From the NCBI GenBank assembly GCA_965223425.1, contig OZ245003.1:1280001-1344000 (forward strand): 64,000 bases of DNA. The letters are read 5' to 3'. Source of the DNA: Nitrosopumilus sp. (lineage in GTDB: Archaea; Thermoproteota; Nitrososphaeria; Nitrososphaerales; Nitrosopumilaceae). The translations under genes and the position numbers were made by a program. The notes under the pieces are model-generated. The model saw nothing but the letters and a program-made list of their open reading frames with translations, did not search any database and was not told the origin of the DNA. Position 1 is the first letter of the stretch. Every line of letters begins with the position of its first letter. Shown here piece by piece: positions 61,669-64,000 of this stretch.

Positions 61669-64000
61669 TTGCGACGATTGATAAAACCGCCGTTGTTTGC
61701 AACAGTAGCAGCAACAGCAGCACTTGTTCTTCTGATTCCCCTTTGCATCTCCTTTGCGGATGCCACGATAGATTCGCCTGTTCCAGTCGCCTCTATCACT
61801 GACGGCCAAACCCATTCTAACGGCAAGACATTTGACGAGCTTCGACGTGCATGGGCCGTCACTACCGTGAATATGGACTCCAGCACGTACGCCTTGGTCG
61901 TAGCATACAGTGACCACGGAGTCCAGATAATAGACATTACCAATCCTGCAAACCCCGTCCCAGTAGCCTCTATCACTGACGGCCAAACCCATTCTAACGG
62001 CAAGACATTTGACGAGCTTCGAGGTGCACGGGCCATCACCACCGTGGATATAGGCATCAGTACCTACGCCTTGGTCGCATCATATAATGACCGCGGAGTC
62101 CAGATAATAGACATTACCAATCCTGCCTCGCCGGCCCCAGTCGCCTCCTTTGATGACGAGGACACCGTCACAGTTGGCAATGCAACCAAGACATTTGACG
62201 AGCTTCGAGGTGCACGAGGCATCACCACCGTGAATATGGACTCTAGTACCTACGCCCTAGTTGCAGCATACTTTGACGACGGCGTCCAGATAATCAACAT
62301 TACAGATCCCGCAAACCCCGTCCCGACAGCCTCCTTTGATAACGGGGACCGCGTTCCAGTCAACGGGACAAACAGGACATTCCACCTTGATGGCGCATGG
62401 GGCATCACCACCGTGAATACAGGCACCAGCACGTACGCCCTGGTCACAGCAGAAGTTATCGACGCCGTCCAGATAGTCGACATCACAGATCCCGAAAACC
62501 CCGTCCCGACAACCGCCTTTAGTGACGGGGCCACCGTCACAGTCAACGGGACAGACAGGACATTTGACGAGCTTGATGGTGTCAATGACATCACCACCGT
62601 GGATATAGGCACCAGTACCTACGCCTTGATCGCAGCAGAAATTGACAACGGCGTCCAGATAGTCGACATCACAGATCCCGAAAACCCCGTCCCGACAGCC
62701 TCCTTTGAAAACGGGACCAAGATCACAGTCAACGGGACAGACAGGACATTTGATGAGCTTATAAATCCACGAGGCATCACCACAGCAACTATCGGCACCA
62801 GTACCTACGCCTTGGTCGCAGCATATACTGACGACGGCGTCCAGATAGTCGACATCACAGATCCCGCAAACCCCGTCCCGACAACCTCCTTTGATGACGG
62901 GGACACTGTCACAGTCAATGGAACAACCAAGACATTTGACGAGCTTGACGGCGCACGAGGCATCACCACCGTGGATATAGGCACCAGTACCTACGCCCTA
63001 GTTGCAGCATACCATGACGACGGCGTCCAGATAGTCGACATCTCGTCAAGATCTATTGCAAACCAGCCTACTGTAGCCCCAACCCTCACGTCTGTTGAAA
63101 GGCACGACCCTGCCACACAGGACACAAACGATAACACCCCGACCTTCAGGGTAACCTTCAGCGAGGCAGTAAACAACGTGGATGAATCAGACTTTGAGAC
63201 CACAGGTAGCGCCACAGCGACAGTCTCTGCAGTCACCCCGGTGCCCGGCGGTACCGTATACCACGTGGAGGTGACAGTAACTGAAGACGGCATAGTGCGC
63301 CTTGGCATCGCGACAGCAAACGACATCAAGGATGTCACAGGCAACGCGCTGTCCGGCACGACACCTGCCGGGGCAGACGAACCGTACACCATAGATACCG
63401 TTGCCCCAACCCTTGCATCCGTTACAAGGCACAGCCCCACAGATGAGGACACAAGCAGCAGTATCCTGGTCTTCAGGGCCGCCTTCAGCGAGGCAGTCGC
63501 CAACGTGGATGAACCAGACTTTGTGATCCTGGGCAACTCCAATATGAGCGAGTTTACAGTCACCCCAGTGCCTTCCAGCTCCAACTCCACATACGAAGTA
63601 CGCGTATTTGTATTAGAAGACGGCACGGTCGAACTTGGCATCAATGCTACGGCAAACGACATCAAAGACGCCGCAGGCAATGCCCTGTCCGACACGGAAC
63701 CGACGGGGGACGACGAAACATACACAGTAGATAATGTTCGGCCAACCCTTACATCCGTTAAAAGGCACGAGCCTTTTACAGAAAACACAAACGATACCAC
63801 CCCGACCTTCAGGGTGACGTTCAGCGAGGCAGTAAACAGCGTGGACACATCAGACTTTGTGACCACGGGCAACGCCACTGCCACAGTCTCTACAGTAGTA
63901 CCGCTGTCCGGCGGTACGGCATACCACGTGGGGGTGACCGTGACTGCAAACGGCACAGTCGGCCTTTCCATCTCACCGGCAAGAGACATTGAGGACGCCG
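61669..64000 (+). CDS. large secreted surface protein with LVIVD-like beta-propeller repeats and Ig-like repeats (runs off the window)
   Basis: TTG start, signal peptide MRRLIKPPLFATVAATAALVLLIPLCISFADA; about 7 repeats of about 60 aa 'TYALVAA..D.GVQI.DIT.P..PVP'; then 'FRVTFSEAV..VD.SDF...D.AGN' domains. Absent from the ORF track because there is no stop. Confidence 0.85.
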   Translation, partial: MRRLIKPPLFATVAATAALVLLIPLCISFADATIDSPVPVASITDGQTHSNGKTFDELRRAWAVTTVNMDSSTYALVVAYSDHGVQIIDITNPANPVPVASITDGQTHSNGKTFDELRGARAITTVDIGISTYALVASYNDRGVQIIDITNPASPAPVASFDDEDTVTVGNATKTFDELRGARGITTVNMDSSTYALVAAYFDDGVQIINITDPANPVPTASFDNGDRVPVNGTNRTFHLDGAWGITTVNTGTSTYALVTAEVIDAVQIVDITDPENPVPTTAFSDGATVTVNGTDRTFDELDGVNDITTVDIGTSTYALIAAEIDNGVQIVDITDPENPVPTASFENGTKITVNGTDRTFDELINPRGITTATIGTSTYALVAAYTDDGVQIVDITDPANPVPTTSFDDGDTVTVNGTTKTFDELDGARGITTVDIGTSTYALVAAYHDDGVQIVDISSRSIANQPTVAPTLTSVERHDPATQDTNDNTPTFRVTFSEAVNNVDESDFETTGSATATVSAVTPVPGGTVYHVEVTVTEDGIVRLGIATANDIKDVTGNALSGTTPAGADEPYTIDTVAPTLASVTRHSPTDEDTSSSILVFRAAFSEAVANVDEPDFVILGNSNMSEFTVTPVPSSSNSTYEVRVFVLEDGTVELGINATANDIKDAAGNALSDTEPTGDDETYTVDNVRPTLTSVKRHEPFTENTNDTTPTFRVTFSEAVNSVDTSDFVTTGNATATVSTVVPLSGGTAYHVGVTVTANGTVGLSISPARDIEDA

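Noticed and set aside
61437-63989. Long minus-strand ORFs (61437-62057, 62250-62612, 62991-63989)
   Set aside because: Antisense shadows of the plus-strand repeat protein.

Overview
This 64 kb window comes from an AT-rich ammonia-oxidising archaeon of the Nitrosopumilus type, judged from gene content and protein style. The core genes are phnDCE, aspS-gatCAB, purP (two copies), purE/K, purSQLF, tatAC, ubiX, thiolase/DUF35 and tRNA-Phe. About a dozen GC-richer insertion sequences or remnants interrupt them (ISH3-like, IS630, IS66, IS5-like, IS6-like and a TIR-bounded tnpB). Three of these split genes: acs, a HEPN toxin and a RelE toxin. The window ends in a large secreted repeat/Ig-like surface protein. 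The main unexplained signal is five dispersed repeat-spacer-repeat units at 18.8, 23.4, 25.1, 61.2 and 61.5 kb. Each is a 35-40 nt unique fragment flanked by a direct duplication of about 35-39 nt of local DNA, with a period of 72-77 nt. The five repeats are unrelated to each other, and no cas gene is visible in the window. One unit has its empty allele in the window, and one spacer matches an IS element 32 kb away at 35/38 nt. The geometry resembles Cas1-Cas2 spacer integration at non-CRISPR sites, but that mechanism is inference.
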